IMG/VR virus record: IMGVR_UViG_3300031760_000010 | Location: 58,560 to 122,559 of that record | DNA from: a virus | Lineage: Duplodnaviria; Caudoviricetes | Length of the DNA: 64,000 nt | Direction: 5' to 3' (one strand) | Shown: piece after piece, positions 48,814 to 59,973 of the stretch | Layout of the letters: each line of letters begins with the position of its first letter | How positions within the stretch are numbered: position 1 is the stretch's first letter | The notes under the pieces: generated by a model | Told to the model about the DNA's origin: nothing | The model's input: the letters and a program-made list of their open reading frames with translations, nothing else | Databases searched by the model: none | Program-made: the position numbers and the translations under genes

Positions 48814-50073
48814 ATGGTATATGTGATTGATAAATCTGGAAATCCTTTGATGCCGATGGAACGGCATGGTAAAGTGAGACAATTGCTTCGTGATGGTAAA
48901 GCGGTTGTATATAAGCGCTGTCCTTTCACGATAAAACTTTTATATGACACTGGCAACGAAGTCCAGCAGTTGGTTCTCGGTGTTGATGTGGGTAATAAAC
49001 ATGTCGGTTTGTCTGTTACGTCAGAGGACCGAGAATACTATGCCGAAGAGTGTACGCTGAGAAGTGATATTACGGAGTTAATATCGACTCGTCGGGAGAT
49101 GAGGCGTGCAAGAAGGAGCCGAAAGACAAGATATAGGAAACCAAGATTTGATAATCGAAGGAGACCTGAAGGATGGTTAGCACCTTCGGTAGAACAGAAA
49201 ATCGGATGTCATATTAGACTTGTAGAGCGTATATGTAAGATACTTCCGATTTCTGAAATTGTTGTTGAAACGGCATCATTTGATATTCAAAAGATTAAAA
49301 ATTCAAGTATTGAGGGTGAAGAATACCAACAAGGTGATCAGCTTGGGTTTTGGAATGTTCGAGAATATGTGTTATTTCGAGATGGACATGAATGTCAGTG
49401 TTGTCATGGTAAATCGAAAGATAAAGTTTTGAATGTACATCATATTGAAAGTAGAAAAACAGGTGGTAATTCACCTGGAAATCTGATTACTTTATGTGAA
49501 ACCTGTCATGAGAAATATCATAAAGGTTTTATTCAGTTACCTAAAAATATAAAACGAGGTATGAGTTTTCGAGACGCCGCTTTCATGGGTATTATGAGAT
49601 GGACATTTTATAATAGATTGAAAGACCAATGTGAAAAGATTGGTATTCCAGTGAGAATGACATTTGGTTATATTACTAAGAATATCAGGATTGAACATGA
49701 TTTGTTGAAATCGCATATTGTAGATGTCAGATGTATATCAGGTCATCCTGTTGCAAAGGCGTCTGAAGATGTATTTTATTCAAGAAAAGTAAGATGTCAT
49801 AACAGGCAGATTCACAAAATGAAGATAAGTAAGAATGGAATTCGTAAAAAGAATCAAGCACCGTATCTTGTAAAAGGTTTCAGACTTTTTGATAAGGTCA
49901 AATATAAAGGTTTAGAGTGTTTTATATTCGGAAGACGTTCAAGTGGATATTTTGACTTACGAATGCTTGATGGAAAACGAATTTCAGCAAGTGCTAATGT
50001 GAGAGATATGTGTCTGATTGATTTATGTCAATCATATTTAATTGAAAGGAGGAAAGCTGTTTTCCTCTCATGA
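48814..50073 (+). CDS. iscB: RNA-guided endonuclease IscB
   Basis: PLMP; RuvC-I GVDVG; R-rich bridge helix; RuvC-II VVE; HNH; RuvC-III SHIVD. Confidence 0.93.
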   Translation: MVYVIDKSGNPLMPMERHGKVRQLLRDGKAVVYKRCPFTIKLLYDTGNEVQQLVLGVDVGNKHVGLSVTSEDREYYAEECTLRSDITELISTRREMRRARRSRKTRYRKPRFDNRRRPEGWLAPSVEQKIGCHIRLVERICKILPISEIVVETASFDIQKIKNSSIEGEEYQQGDQLGFWNVREYVLFRDGHECQCCHGKSKDKVLNVHHIESRKTGGNSPGNLITLCETCHEKYHKGFIQLPKNIKRGMSFRDAAFMGIMRWTFYNRLKDQCEKIGIPVRMTFGYITKNIRIEHDLLKSHIVDVRCISGHPVAKASEDVFYSRKVRCHNRQIHKMKISKNGIRKKNQAPYLVKGFRLFDKVKYKGLECFIFGRRSSGYFDLRMLDGKRISASANVRDMCLIDLCQSYLIERRKAVFLS

Positions 50074-50109
50074 CTAAAGTCACGAGTTTCCAAACAGCAA
50101 AATTATTTT

Positions 50110-50526
50110 ATGAACACAAATAAAACATTGGTCTATCTTGCTGGTGCAAGTAAGCATGAAGCTGATGAAGGAATGGGATGGCGACAAACCATTGAACGAG
50201 ATTGGGGCTTTAAAGAATCTGATTTATGGATAGTGAATCCATTAAATTATTTTCGCTATTCTGAAAATTGGCATCAGAGCGATAAACAGGTTAAGCAATA
50301 TTACTTATCTAGAATCAAACATTGTGATGTTGTTTTAGTTAATCTGAATAATAGCGATTCTTCTTGTGGCACCTGCCAGGAAATCCAATATGCAGTTGAC
50401 CATGATGTGCCGGTGATCGGATTTGGTACAGAGCATGTATATAATTGGTTGCTTGTAGACTGTCAATGCGTATTTGATACGGCAGAGGAAGCAATTGAAT
50501 ATATAACTGAGTATTATACAATTTGA
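50110..50526 (+). CDS. nucleoside 2-deoxyribosyltransferase-like
   Basis: VYLAG..WR..NP..CD..S.GT..EI.YA. Confidence 0.75.
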   Translation: MNTNKTLVYLAGASKHEADEGMGWRQTIERDWGFKESDLWIVNPLNYFRYSENWHQSDKQVKQYYLSRIKHCDVVLVNLNNSDSSCGTCQEIQYAVDHDVPVIGFGTEHVYNWLLVDCQCVFDTAEEAIEYITEYYTI

Positions 50527-50539
50527 AAGGTGTTGTAAA

Positions 50540-52516
50540 ATGATTGATCGAATGAAAGAGTTGATTGATGAAATTAATCATCATAAAGATCTATATTACA
50601 ATAAAAATCAGCCTATTATTTCAGATCTGGAATTTGATAAGCTGGTAGATGAACTGGAACAATTAGAAAAAGATACTGGAATCGTTTTAAGTAATTCACC
50701 AACACAGACGGTTGGTTATAAGGTCCAAAGTGCTTTGCAAAAGGTTAAGCATTCCCACCCTATGTTGAGCCTGGCCAAAACTAAAAACCTATTTGAGTTT
50801 GCGAGTTATTGTGGTAACAAACCTAGTATGATTAGTTTGAAAATGGATGGGCTAACTGTACTGTTGACTTATGAAAATGGTGAACTTATGCAAGCAGAGA
50901 CGCGGGGGAACGGTGAGATTGGTGAACTGATTACTGCGAATGCTAAAGTATTTGATAATGTTCCTTTAAAGATTCCATACAAAGAACATTTTAAAATTGA
51001 GGGCGAAGCCATTATTACTTATGGTGATTTTAAGAAGATTAATGAAAAACTGCCTGTAGCAGAGCAGTATTCAAACCCACGTAATCTGGCCAGCGGCTCT
51101 GTTCGTCAATTGGATCCTAGTGTAACTGCAAAACGTCATGTGAAGTTTATTGCTTGGAAAGTACCGTATCTAATTGATGAGTCCGTTGGCCTAAATCCTA
51201 ATAATTTTGCGGATAAATTAAAATTTGCATCTGGTTTAGGTTTTACGATTGTACCATATTTTCGATTGGCTAATAATTCAGCGGTTGAAGTCAAACATAC
51301 AATTAGTGACCTTAAGGACTGGGCTGCAAGTTATGAATATCCTTATGATGGTTTTGTTCAGACGTTTCTTGATGTGAAGTATGGTGAATCTCTTGGTTAT
51401 ACCGGGCATCATCCTAAACACAGTTTTGTTCTTAAGGAACAGGATGAAGAATATGAAACTACGTTACTTGATATTGAGTGGGGGATGGGTAAGACCGGGC
51501 AGCTGACGCCAGTTGCGGTATTTGAAGATGTCGATTTAGATGGAGCAATTACTAACCGGGCAAGTGTCCATAATGTAAGTATTTTAAATCAGTTGGATTT
51601 ACACCCCGGCGATAAGATTACGGTGTATCGAGCTAATCAAGTTATTCCTCAAATTAAGAGGAACATAACTGCGGAGAGTAGAAGTGGTAAATATATTCAG
51701 ATCCCAGCTAAGTGCCCTGTGTGCGGTGGCGTTACAAAGGTTCAGCGGGTAAATGATTCTGATGTTTTGATTTGCACTAATCCTAATTGCAAGGGCAAAC
51801 TACTTGGTAAATTAAAACATTTCTGTTCTAAAGACGCGATGGATATTCAAGGGCTGTCGGAACAGACATTACAGAAATTCATCAATCTGAATTATATTAA
51901 TTCGATTCCAGATTTGTATGATATATCAATGTTCCAGGAAGAATTGAGAATGCTGGATGGGTTTGGTGCGCAATCGGTAAAGAATTTACTGGATGCATTA
52001 GAGAATAGTAAACATACTACACTAGATCGTTTTATTAACGCATTGTCCATTCCAAATATTGGTAAAGAAACCGCCAAAGTTATTGCTAAAGCTATGGATT
52101 ACAATTGGATTAAATTTGGTATTGCATGTAATACCAGATATAACTGGCAGAAATTGCCTGACTTTGGGACTATTATGGAGCGCAGCCTGATTCAGTTCTG
52201 GGGCGAAAACAGAGAGTGGGTTGAATCTTTAGGATCAATGATGGATTTTTATAATCCAAATGAGGGCAAAGTACGAAATGATGCACTTTATGGTAAGAAT
52301 ATTGTGATTACTGGAAAGCTACATCATTTTAAAAACCGTGATGAATTAGTCAAGAAGATTGAGGAGTACGGTGGTAAAGTTTCTGGCAGTGTTAGTAAAA
52401 ATACGGATTATCTAATCAATAATGATATTACTTCTAATTCAGGTAAGAATAAAAAAGCTAAGGAATTGGGAGTCAAGATTATTACTGAAGAACAATTTTT
52501 AGGAGAATTTGAGTGA
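50540..52516 (+). CDS. ligA: NAD-dependent DNA ligase
   Basis: KMDG, TRGNG, NPRN, zinc finger, HhH and BRCT. Confidence 0.95.
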   Translation: MIDRMKELIDEINHHKDLYYNKNQPIISDLEFDKLVDELEQLEKDTGIVLSNSPTQTVGYKVQSALQKVKHSHPMLSLAKTKNLFEFASYCGNKPSMISLKMDGLTVLLTYENGELMQAETRGNGEIGELITANAKVFDNVPLKIPYKEHFKIEGEAIITYGDFKKINEKLPVAEQYSNPRNLASGSVRQLDPSVTAKRHVKFIAWKVPYLIDESVGLNPNNFADKLKFASGLGFTIVPYFRLANNSAVEVKHTISDLKDWAASYEYPYDGFVQTFLDVKYGESLGYTGHHPKHSFVLKEQDEEYETTLLDIEWGMGKTGQLTPVAVFEDVDLDGAITNRASVHNVSILNQLDLHPGDKITVYRANQVIPQIKRNITAESRSGKYIQIPAKCPVCGGVTKVQRVNDSDVLICTNPNCKGKLLGKLKHFCSKDAMDIQGLSEQTLQKFINLNYINSIPDLYDISMFQEELRMLDGFGAQSVKNLLDALENSKHTTLDRFINALSIPNIGKETAKVIAKAMDYNWIKFGIACNTRYNWQKLPDFGTIMERSLIQFWGENREWVESLGSMMDFYNPNEGKVRNDALYGKNIVITGKLHHFKNRDELVKKIEEYGGKVSGSVSKNTDYLINNDITSNSGKNKKAKELGVKIITEEQFLGEFE

Positions 52517-53402
52517 TGAAAGTAATTAAAAGAGATGGACGAGTCGTTGCCTTTGATAAAGATAAGATTCGTTTAGCTGTAGAAAAAGCTTTTGTAGATG
52601 TTGATCAAGAGTTAGATGAATTCGGTCTGAATAAGGCGAAAGAAATTGCTAAATATGTTGAAGAACTGAATCAAGATTTGAGCGTAGAAGAAATTCAAGA
52701 TATTGTAGAAAATAAATTGATGTCGAGTTCACGGAAAGATGTCGCTAGAGCATACATTATTTATCGAAATGATAGAAATCGAGTGCGTGAAAGAAACAGT
52801 AAATTAATGAAGAACGTCGCTGAAAAACTTACTGCATCGAATGTGCAAAACCAGAATGCGAATGTAGATGAATATAGTTTTGGTGGACGAAAAGGTGAAG
52901 TTGATGCAGCTGTTATGAGACAATATGCACTAGATAATTGCATGTCAGAAATGTCTAGAAATAACCATTTGAATAATGAAATTTATATTCATGATTTAGA
53001 TAGTTATGCCGTGGGGATGCATAATTGTTTGACAATTCCTTTTGATAAACTGCTTGCACAGGGCTTTAATACTAGACAAACAGATGTGCGTCCCGCTAAT
53101 TCTGTGAATACAGCATTCCAGCTGGTTGCGGTATTATTTCAGCTTCAGAGTTTGCAGCAATTCGGCGGAGTTTCTGCAAGTCACTTAGATTGGACTATGG
53201 TCCCTTATGTGAGAAAAAGTTTTTGGAAACATTATAAAGATGGATTAAAATATATCGCTCACGAAAAAGAAGATAAAGATTGGAGTTATGATCATTCAAT
53301 TGAAGATGAAAGATATAAACAATTTCCAGAAGTTTATCAATACGCAATAGACATGACAGTGCGAGAAACCGAACAAGCCGCTGAGGGAATGTACCATAAC
53401 CT
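52513..53402 (+). CDS. nrdD: anaerobic ribonucleotide reductase, exon 1
   Basis: ATP cone; IYIHDLD..HNC; QFGG. Confidence 0.92.
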
Positions 53403-54369
53403 TAATAATTAGGGCGACTTAACAGCAATGTTAAGAACATAGCTGCCTAAACGGGGGAACTCTTAATAAGACAATCCCGTGCTAAATTATATTATCGTTA
53501 ATAAATAAAGGAAGGAGTGATTGTTATAAATGAATATACGGTATATAGACATGTAAACAAAATTAATCACAAACAATATATTGGAATAACAAAACAAAAT
53601 CCACCATCTAATAGATGGGGAAGTAATGGATTTAATTACAAAGAAAATCCTCATTTTTGGTCATCTATTCAAAAATATGGATGGGATAATTTTGAACATG
53701 AAATATTATATACAGGATTGTCAAAAGATGAAGCTTGCTCGATTGAAATTGAGTTAATAAAAAAATATAAAACTCAAAACAAGCAATATGGATACAATGT
53801 ATATAGTGGTGGAAATTGTCCAGAAATACCAAACGAAATACGAGTAAAGATGTCACAATCTATGATTGGAAACAAAAATGCTTTAGGCAAGCCTTGTTCT
53901 GAAGAGAAGAAAGAAAAAATTAGATCCGCCCAAATAGGAAAGGCACTTTCCCAAGAGCATAAAGAAGCTATTTCTAAAGCTAAAAAAGGAAAGACGCACA
54001 AATCATTAAGTGCCGAATCTCGTAAAAAAATATCAGATTCTCATGTTAAAACTCCAGTATATTGTAAAGAAACAGATACCGTTTACGAATCTATACAAGA
54101 ATGCGCAAGACAACTCCACTTGTGGGCCACATTAGTGTGTAAGGTTTGTAAAGGGAAATTAAAAACAACAGGTGGTTATCATCTGTCTTACTATAACGAT
54201 AATATATAAACGCCTAACGACTATCCACATAAAACGTGGAGTAGACTCAAGCGAGTCGAAATGGCAGCCCCCTCATTTGAGGGTGAAGATATAGTCTAAT
54301 CTTTATGGTGACATAAAGAAGTTCATAAGAGAACTGCGCAAGAGTAGCGAACTTGCGTGAATATCCATG
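53403..54369 (+). mobile_element. group I intron in nrdD
   Basis: P1 cct-taa/ttaggg with U.G; aaacgggggaac/aatcccgtgc; aacgacta/gatatagtc; splicing restores HNLNTLQSR. Confidence 0.92.
53517..54209 (+). CDS. intron-encoded GIY-YIG homing endonuclease with NUMOD3 repeats
   Basis: VYRH..YIGIT..RW..E..GYN; (H/C)SEE.K.KI repeats. Confidence 0.88.
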   Translation: MIVINEYTVYRHVNKINHKQYIGITKQNPPSNRWGSNGFNYKENPHFWSSIQKYGWDNFEHEILYTGLSKDEACSIEIELIKKYKTQNKQYGYNVYSGGNCPEIPNEIRVKMSQSMIGNKNALGKPCSEEKKEKIRSAQIGKALSQEHKEAISKAKKGKTHKSLSAESRKKISDSHVKTPVYCKETDTVYESIQECARQLHLWATLVCKVCKGKLKTTGGYHLSYYNDNI

Positions 54370-55669
54370 TAATACATTACAATCAAGAAGCGGGAATCAG
54401 CTTCCTTTTACTTCAATTAATTACGGCACATGTGCATTGCCAGAAGGACGTATGGTTACTAAAGCTTTACTAGACATGTCAATTAAAGGTGTTGGGAAAC
54501 TTCATAAAACGCCAATCTTTCCTTGTGGTATCTTTCAGTGTATGAAAGGTGTTAACCGTCAGCCAGGTGACCCGAATTATGATTTATTCCAGTTGGCTTT
54601 AAAGTCTACCGCAACAAGATTATACCCCAATTATGCAAATGTTGATTGGTCTGGTAATGTAGGGTATGACAAAAATGATCCTAAAACATATTTTAGTACG
54701 ATGGGCTGCAGAACTGCGAACGGCTTTGATATTAACGGTTTTGGGCAACTTAAGGATGGTAGAGGGAATATTTGCCCAGTGACGATTATTATGCCAGAAT
54801 TGGCTATGCAGTGTAAAGATGCTTTAACGGGCCATTCTAAAAATGACATTGTAGAAGATTTTATGGGGCTATTAAATGAAAAGATTCACGAAGCAAAAGA
54901 TATGCTTATTGAAAGATTCGAATATATTTGCTCTCAGTCTCCTGAATCAGCTAAATTTATGTATGAAAATGGAACTATGGAGGGCTACATACCTGAAGAA
55001 GGAATCAGGTCCGCTTTAAAACATGGGACCATTGTTATTGGCCAGCTTGGATTAGCTGAAACTTTACAAATTCTTATTGGATGTGATCATACCAAAAAAG
55101 AAGGCATGGAATTGGCAAAACGAATTGAACAATTATTCAAAACTCGTTGCGCTGAGTTTAAAGAAAAATATAAATTAAATTTTGGCGTTTATTATACTCC
55201 CGCTGAGAATTTGTGTTATACCGCTATGAAGAAATTTAAAGATAAATGGGGAGTAATCCCTAATGTATCAGACAGAGATTTCTTTACTAATTCAATGCAT
55301 GTTCCTGTTTGGAGAGAAATTTCACCATTTGATAAAATCGATATTGAATCTCAGCTTACAGGTTATAGTTCAGCGGGATGTATTACTTATGTAGAGTTAG
55401 ATGGCGGAGTAAAAAATAATACAGAAGCTCTTGAAACTATTGTGAACTATGCTATGGATCATGATATTCCATACTTTGCAGTTAACGTTCCTAATGATAC
55501 ATGCTTAGAATGTGGATTTACAGGGGAATTCAATGATATTTGCCCTATGTGTGGAAGTAAAAATATTCAGCAGTTGCGCCGTGTGACAGGGTATCTTACT
55601 GGAAATTATAAAACTGCTTTTAACAAGGGCAAACAGCAAGAGGTAGAAATGAGGGTAAAGCACAGATAA
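54370..55669 (+). CDS. nrdD: anaerobic ribonucleotide reductase, exon 2
   Basis: MGCR, TPAEN, CxxC..CxxC and RRVTGYL glycyl-radical loop. Confidence 0.92.
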
Positions 55670-56223
55670 TGAAATACGCAGGAATTATTAACAATGATGT
55701 TGTTAATGGACAAGATGTGTGTGTAAGCTATTGGTGTCAGGGGTGCCGTTTTCGGTGCCCTGGCTGCCAGAATCCACAAACATGGGACTTTAATGGTGGG
55801 ATCGAAGACAAAGAAGATAATATAATTAAAAACGTTGTTGAAGCAATCTCAAAAAATGAGATACAACGAAATTTGTCTATCCTTGGCGGAGAACCGCTAT
55901 GTGATGAAAACCTTTATTTTACATATCGCTTAATAAATAAGGTGACAGATACTTATCCGAATATTAAGGTTTTTGTTTGGACGGGATATAAATGGGAAGA
56001 TCTAATTAAATATAGTGATCAAAATTATATGACGGTCATTAAGAAAAACGCAGAACGTCTAAAAACTATTTTATCGAAAACAGAATTATTGATAGATGGA
56101 CAATTTGATTTGTCACATAGAGATATAACCCTTCCTTTCAGAGGCTCTTCGAATCAGCGTATTATTGATGTTCAGGCATCATTAAAGAAAGGAGAAATCG
56201 TTCTATGGACACCAAAGCATTGA
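55669..56223 (+). CDS. nrdG: NrdD activating enzyme
   Basis: GCRFRCPGCQN, GGEP and RGSSNQR. Confidence 0.92.
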   Translation: MKYAGIINNDVVNGQDVCVSYWCQGCRFRCPGCQNPQTWDFNGGIEDKEDNIIKNVVEAISKNEIQRNLSILGGEPLCDENLYFTYRLINKVTDTYPNIKVFVWTGYKWEDLIKYSDQNYMTVIKKNAERLKTILSKTELLIDGQFDLSHRDITLPFRGSSNQRIIDVQASLKKGEIVLWTPKH

Positions 56224-56828
56224 TTCAATGTATTAAATCATCTTCGGCAGCCGGTATTGCAATTTCAATTGGATGCATTGCATATTTAACCACCGGTAAT
56301 GCCTGGCTGTTCCCGATTGGTTTATTCATCGTTTGCTTTTATAAGCTACGATTATTTACAGGGCGTATTTGCTGGGGGACGGCAAAAGATTGGCCAGATC
56401 TTACCATCATCTATATATGCAATACATGCGCGGCTTATATAATGGGCATTATTATATCATATGCCAAACCAGGGTTGGTAGAGCAAGCCCAAACTATGGT
56501 AACTAATAAATTAAATGAGGGATTTGCAATAATCCCTCTCGCAATGTTATGTAATGCAATGATTTTTGTCGCAGTGAGTTGTTGGACAGTGTCTGCGTCT
56601 CCAGCCGTGCGAGTTTTTGGATTAGTATTCGCTACCATGGTATTTGTTTATTGTGGATTTGAGCATTGTATTGCAAATGCATTTTATTTTGGACTAGGAC
56701 GTAATGCTTGTTCCCTATTATCTGCAATACTTTTCTTGTTGGCAAATGCAATGTGGAACGGTGTGGGTGGCATTATAGCAAGACGGATATTAGAAGAAAG
56801 TGCAACATATGATTATAAATCCGAATAA
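56205..56828 (+). CDS. formate/nitrite transporter (FNT) family protein
   Basis: LFPIGL, LFTG, LCN, F..CGFEHCIAN and N.VGG. Confidence 0.8.
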   Translation: MDTKALIQCIKSSSAAGIAISIGCIAYLTTGNAWLFPIGLFIVCFYKLRLFTGRICWGTAKDWPDLTIIYICNTCAAYIMGIIISYAKPGLVEQAQTMVTNKLNEGFAIIPLAMLCNAMIFVAVSCWTVSASPAVRVFGLVFATMVFVYCGFEHCIANAFYFGLGRNACSLLSAILFLLANAMWNGVGGIIARRILEESATYDYKSE

Positions 56829-57189
56829 GTATGAACTGAGTAAAAAAGTTAATGCAGATACTTTATTAAAACATGGTTTTGTAAAACGTGGTGGAACATA
56901 TCATGCTAAAATTAAACTTTATAGTCTTATCTATTTAGAAATTGAAATAGACTTAGTTGAAAGATGGATGACATATTTTGTGAAATCCACAAACTATGAT
57001 AGCTATTATACACCGTTTTATTTGCCTGATACCAGAATTCAATATGAAGGTTACAACAAAGTGGCGAAAAGATTTAATGATTATATGGATCATTTATGCA
57101 GAGTCCATATAATGTGGAGACCAGATTTTTTAAGGCCGAATAAAAAAATCCTTCAGAGTAAGAGGAGAAAAAGATGTTTATCAAAATAA
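56809..57189 (+). CDS. hypothetical protein
   Basis: ORF in the operon. Confidence 0.5.
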   Translation: MIINPNKYELSKKVNADTLLKHGFVKRGGTYHAKIKLYSLIYLEIEIDLVERWMTYFVKSTNYDSYYTPFYLPDTRIQYEGYNKVAKRFNDYMDHLCRVHIMWRPDFLRPNKKILQSKRRKRCLSK

Positions 57190-57678
57190 TTCTGATAATT
57201 ATATTTGTATTTCTATTTGCTCTGTGCTTCTGTATAGGCATTTCAAAACAGAAGTCAATTTATGACAGAATGTTAGAAGATCGAGAGCAAGTAGAATATC
57301 TATTGAAGTTTAAAAAGGAGAAAGAAGATGACGGTAAAAGAGTTGATTAGTGAGCTGCAATTATGGCCACAAGATTATGAAGTACTGATGTACGAAGACG
57401 CTGAAGATGATGATAAATATATTGGCACTGCAATTGTTAGTGTAGAACCAATAGAATTTTTGGATGAGCCGCTAGATGGAATCATTCTTACACCATGGAG
57501 CTAAGATGAGAAGAAGAGGAATAGTAAATAATAGTGCTAAGTGTGAAGGGTGTGCTGCCTGTACAATTGATAAAGTTAATGGACTTGAAACTGTCCATTG
57601 TGCTGATCGAGATAGAAGTTGGATTTTTGGGCAGTATATTGAACCTTGTGAAGAGTTTAGAAAAGAGAGGACAAAGTA

Positions 57679-58113
57679 ATGCAGATTGTCAAAGTAATGT
57701 ATCATGATGAGGAACTGGAGAAGATCCAGAAGATTAGCAAAGGTGACTGGCTGGATCTAAGAGCTGCGGAAGATGTAACAATGAAAGCTGGTGAGCATAA
57801 GCTGATTGATCTTGGGGTTAGTATGGAATTGCCTGAAGGATATGAAGCTATCCTGGCTGCAAGGAGTAGCCTATTTAAGAACACTGGGTTGCTGGTCACG
57901 AATTCAATCGGCGTAATTGATCACAGCTTCTGCTCATCACAAGATAGATGGATGCTATCTGTGTATGCCACTCGTGATACCGCAGTTCATAAGAATGATC
58001 GTATTGCTCAGTTCCGTATTCAGCGAGTACAGCCAGAAGTTTTTATGAAAACTGTTGATAATCTGGATGGGAATGAAGTCAGAGGCGGATTTGGAAGCAC
58101 TGGAGTGCAGTAA
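57679..58113 (+). CDS. dut: trimeric dUTPase
   Basis: DLRA, RSS, GVID, RIAQ and RGGFGSTG. Confidence 0.92.
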   Translation: MQIVKVMYHDEELEKIQKISKGDWLDLRAAEDVTMKAGEHKLIDLGVSMELPEGYEAILAARSSLFKNTGLLVTNSIGVIDHSFCSSQDRWMLSVYATRDTAVHKNDRIAQFRIQRVQPEVFMKTVDNLDGNEVRGGFGSTGVQ

Positions 58114-58397
58114 TTAAGTTAACAAAAGAGACGATAATAAAACCGTCTCTTAAGGGATAGAAAGGATGATCAACCACTTAATGCAATGCGATATAATATG
58201 CAGTCATGACCACAAATATTATTTGCGTGGGAATCTCCACGCGAGGATGCTAATCATTAGTTGAGAAATCCCAATAATGATAGCGATTGCTTGCATAAGC
58301 ATAGTTGGTCACTCCTTCCTGGGGTACTCACCTCACCTCTTCATCAGGTGAGGTGAGATTCCTACTCCAGGATTATTATAATAGGCAGGAACCAAAT

Positions 58398-58709
58398 ATG
58401 TCAATACCTACAAATGAACAAGAAACAGTAATTAATTATAGTAGATTAGATGAAGCTGCAGTTGTATATACATCAGATGCTACTGTAATGACGAAACTGG
58501 ATAAGAAAGTTAAGAACTATCCAAACACTTGGTCTGTGATAGAAGAAATTAAAGATATGAATCATCAATTGGTTGCTAAAAAATATAAAGTCAATAAAAA
58601 GATGATCAGTTTTAGAAATGAAAAAACAACTCGCCCCTCCAATCCTAATGCTGGTGAAGCTTTAAAAAGATGGCGAGAAGAAAAGAAAAAACAAGGAGAG
58701 GGCCTGTAA
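58398..58709 (+). CDS. small basic protein upstream of the integrase (possible directionality factor)
   Basis: EQETVIN..A.VYTSD pattern; position. Confidence 0.5.
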   Translation: MSIPTNEQETVINYSRLDEAAVVYTSDATVMTKLDKKVKNYPNTWSVIEEIKDMNHQLVAKKYKVNKKMISFRNEKTTRPSNPNAGEALKRWREEKKKQGEGL

Positions 58710-58731
58710 TATACAGGCCCTGTTTAATTAT

Positions 58732-59973
58732 ATGGATCAAATGAATTATGATATAAACTCTCCAGAGTTGTTGCAATACATTCCAGACTCTGTTAAAATG
58801 CAATTAGCAGATGTATGGCGAAATTGCGAAATGGCAAAAAAAGAAGAAGTGCTAAAAAGGAATAACGTCACAATTTCACCTACAAAAGATGGACAATACA
58901 CTACGCATTTTTATGTTATGGGGAGTGATGGTAAAAAGAGCAGAAAACAAATCAAGCGGAAGTCCCGTGAGGCACTGGTAGACTATGTATTTGAGTTTTA
59001 TAAAGAAGTAGAAGATAATCCAACAATCAATGATATATTTTATCAGACTCAAACAGATCGTGAAAAATACGATCATAAAGAGCCTAGTACAATATCCAGG
59101 GATGCTCGTGCATATAGAAGATATTTCACGTCATTTGGAGAAAAACATATTAAAGATGTTACTGCAATTGATATTGAACATTTTCTACGTGATACGAGAC
59201 GCCAGCTGGATTTAAACACAAGAGGCATGGATTATCTGCTACAAATCACCCGCCGTATATTAGAAGAAGCATCAGTGAACCACTATATTTCATATGATTA
59301 CGAAGTTCCGTTGAGAAATGCTAAAACATCTGCCAGACGGTCCGTTAAGCGGATTCGTAAAACAGATGAAGAAGAAGTATACTCCAGAGAAGAGATGGCA
59401 AGATTAGAAGAATATTTGAGAACCGATCCGTCCATACACGCTTTAGGAATCCGACTGATGATGCAGACCGGCATGAGGGTAGGAGAGGTAGCTGCGCTCA
59501 AGTGGGAAGATTATGATGAAATCAATCGATCTATCCATATTCAACGCACTGAAACTTTCTTCACCGACGAGCATGGTAAATACCATGTGGCAGTTTCAGA
59601 CCATCCTAAAACAGATGCTGGTAATCGTTATATACCAGTCACGGATGCAGTTCGAGAAATATTACAAGCTGTCAGAGTAAAAAATAAAACTCAAAGTGAA
59701 TATATGTTCTGCTATAAAGCTCAACGAATCAAATCAGAGAAGATTAGAAAAAAGCTGATGAGAGTTTGTCAATATGCGGGAATACCGTACAGATCTCCTC
59801 ACAAGTTTCGCAAGACATTTGCGACTATGCTTTATGTTAAAGGCACCCCGCCACAGATTATCAAAGAGATCATGGGGCATACTCGTTTTGATATTACAGA
59901 AAATGTGTATATCAAACCGTATGGGGAACTAGGGGAAAAGGCTGATGCGATGAGTCAGGCTTTGGTCTGGTAG
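58732..59973 (+). CDS. int: phage tyrosine integrase
   Basis: TGMRVGE, PKT, HKFR, MGH and VY. Confidence 0.92.
   Translation: MDQMNYDINSPELLQYIPDSVKMQLADVWRNCEMAKKEEVLKRNNVTISPTKDGQYTTHFYVMGSDGKKSRKQIKRKSREALVDYVFEFYKEVEDNPTINDIFYQTQTDREKYDHKEPSTISRDARAYRRYFTSFGEKHIKDVTAIDIEHFLRDTRRQLDLNTRGMDYLLQITRRILEEASVNHYISYDYEVPLRNAKTSARRSVKRIRKTDEEEVYSREEMARLEEYLRTDPSIHALGIRLMMQTGMRVGEVAALKWEDYDEINRSIHIQRTETFFTDEHGKYHVAVSDHPKTDAGNRYIPVTDAVREILQAVRVKNKTQSEYMFCYKAQRIKSEKIRKKLMRVCQYAGIPYRSPHKFRKTFATMLYVKGTPPQIIKEIMGHTRFDITENVYIKPYGELGEKADAMSQALVW

Larger units (their letters stand above)
48529..50109 (+). mobile_element. non-autonomous IS200/IS605-family IscB element
   Basis: Ends gtcaataaccc-atgactgaagtcac and atgactaaagtcac; iscB; no tnpA. 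Confidence 0.85.

Noticed and set aside
39144-55669. dnaE and nrdD as pseudogenes, or stop-codon reassignment
   Set aside because: Group I splicing restores both frames exactly; other genes are intact in the standard code and there is no suppressor tRNA.
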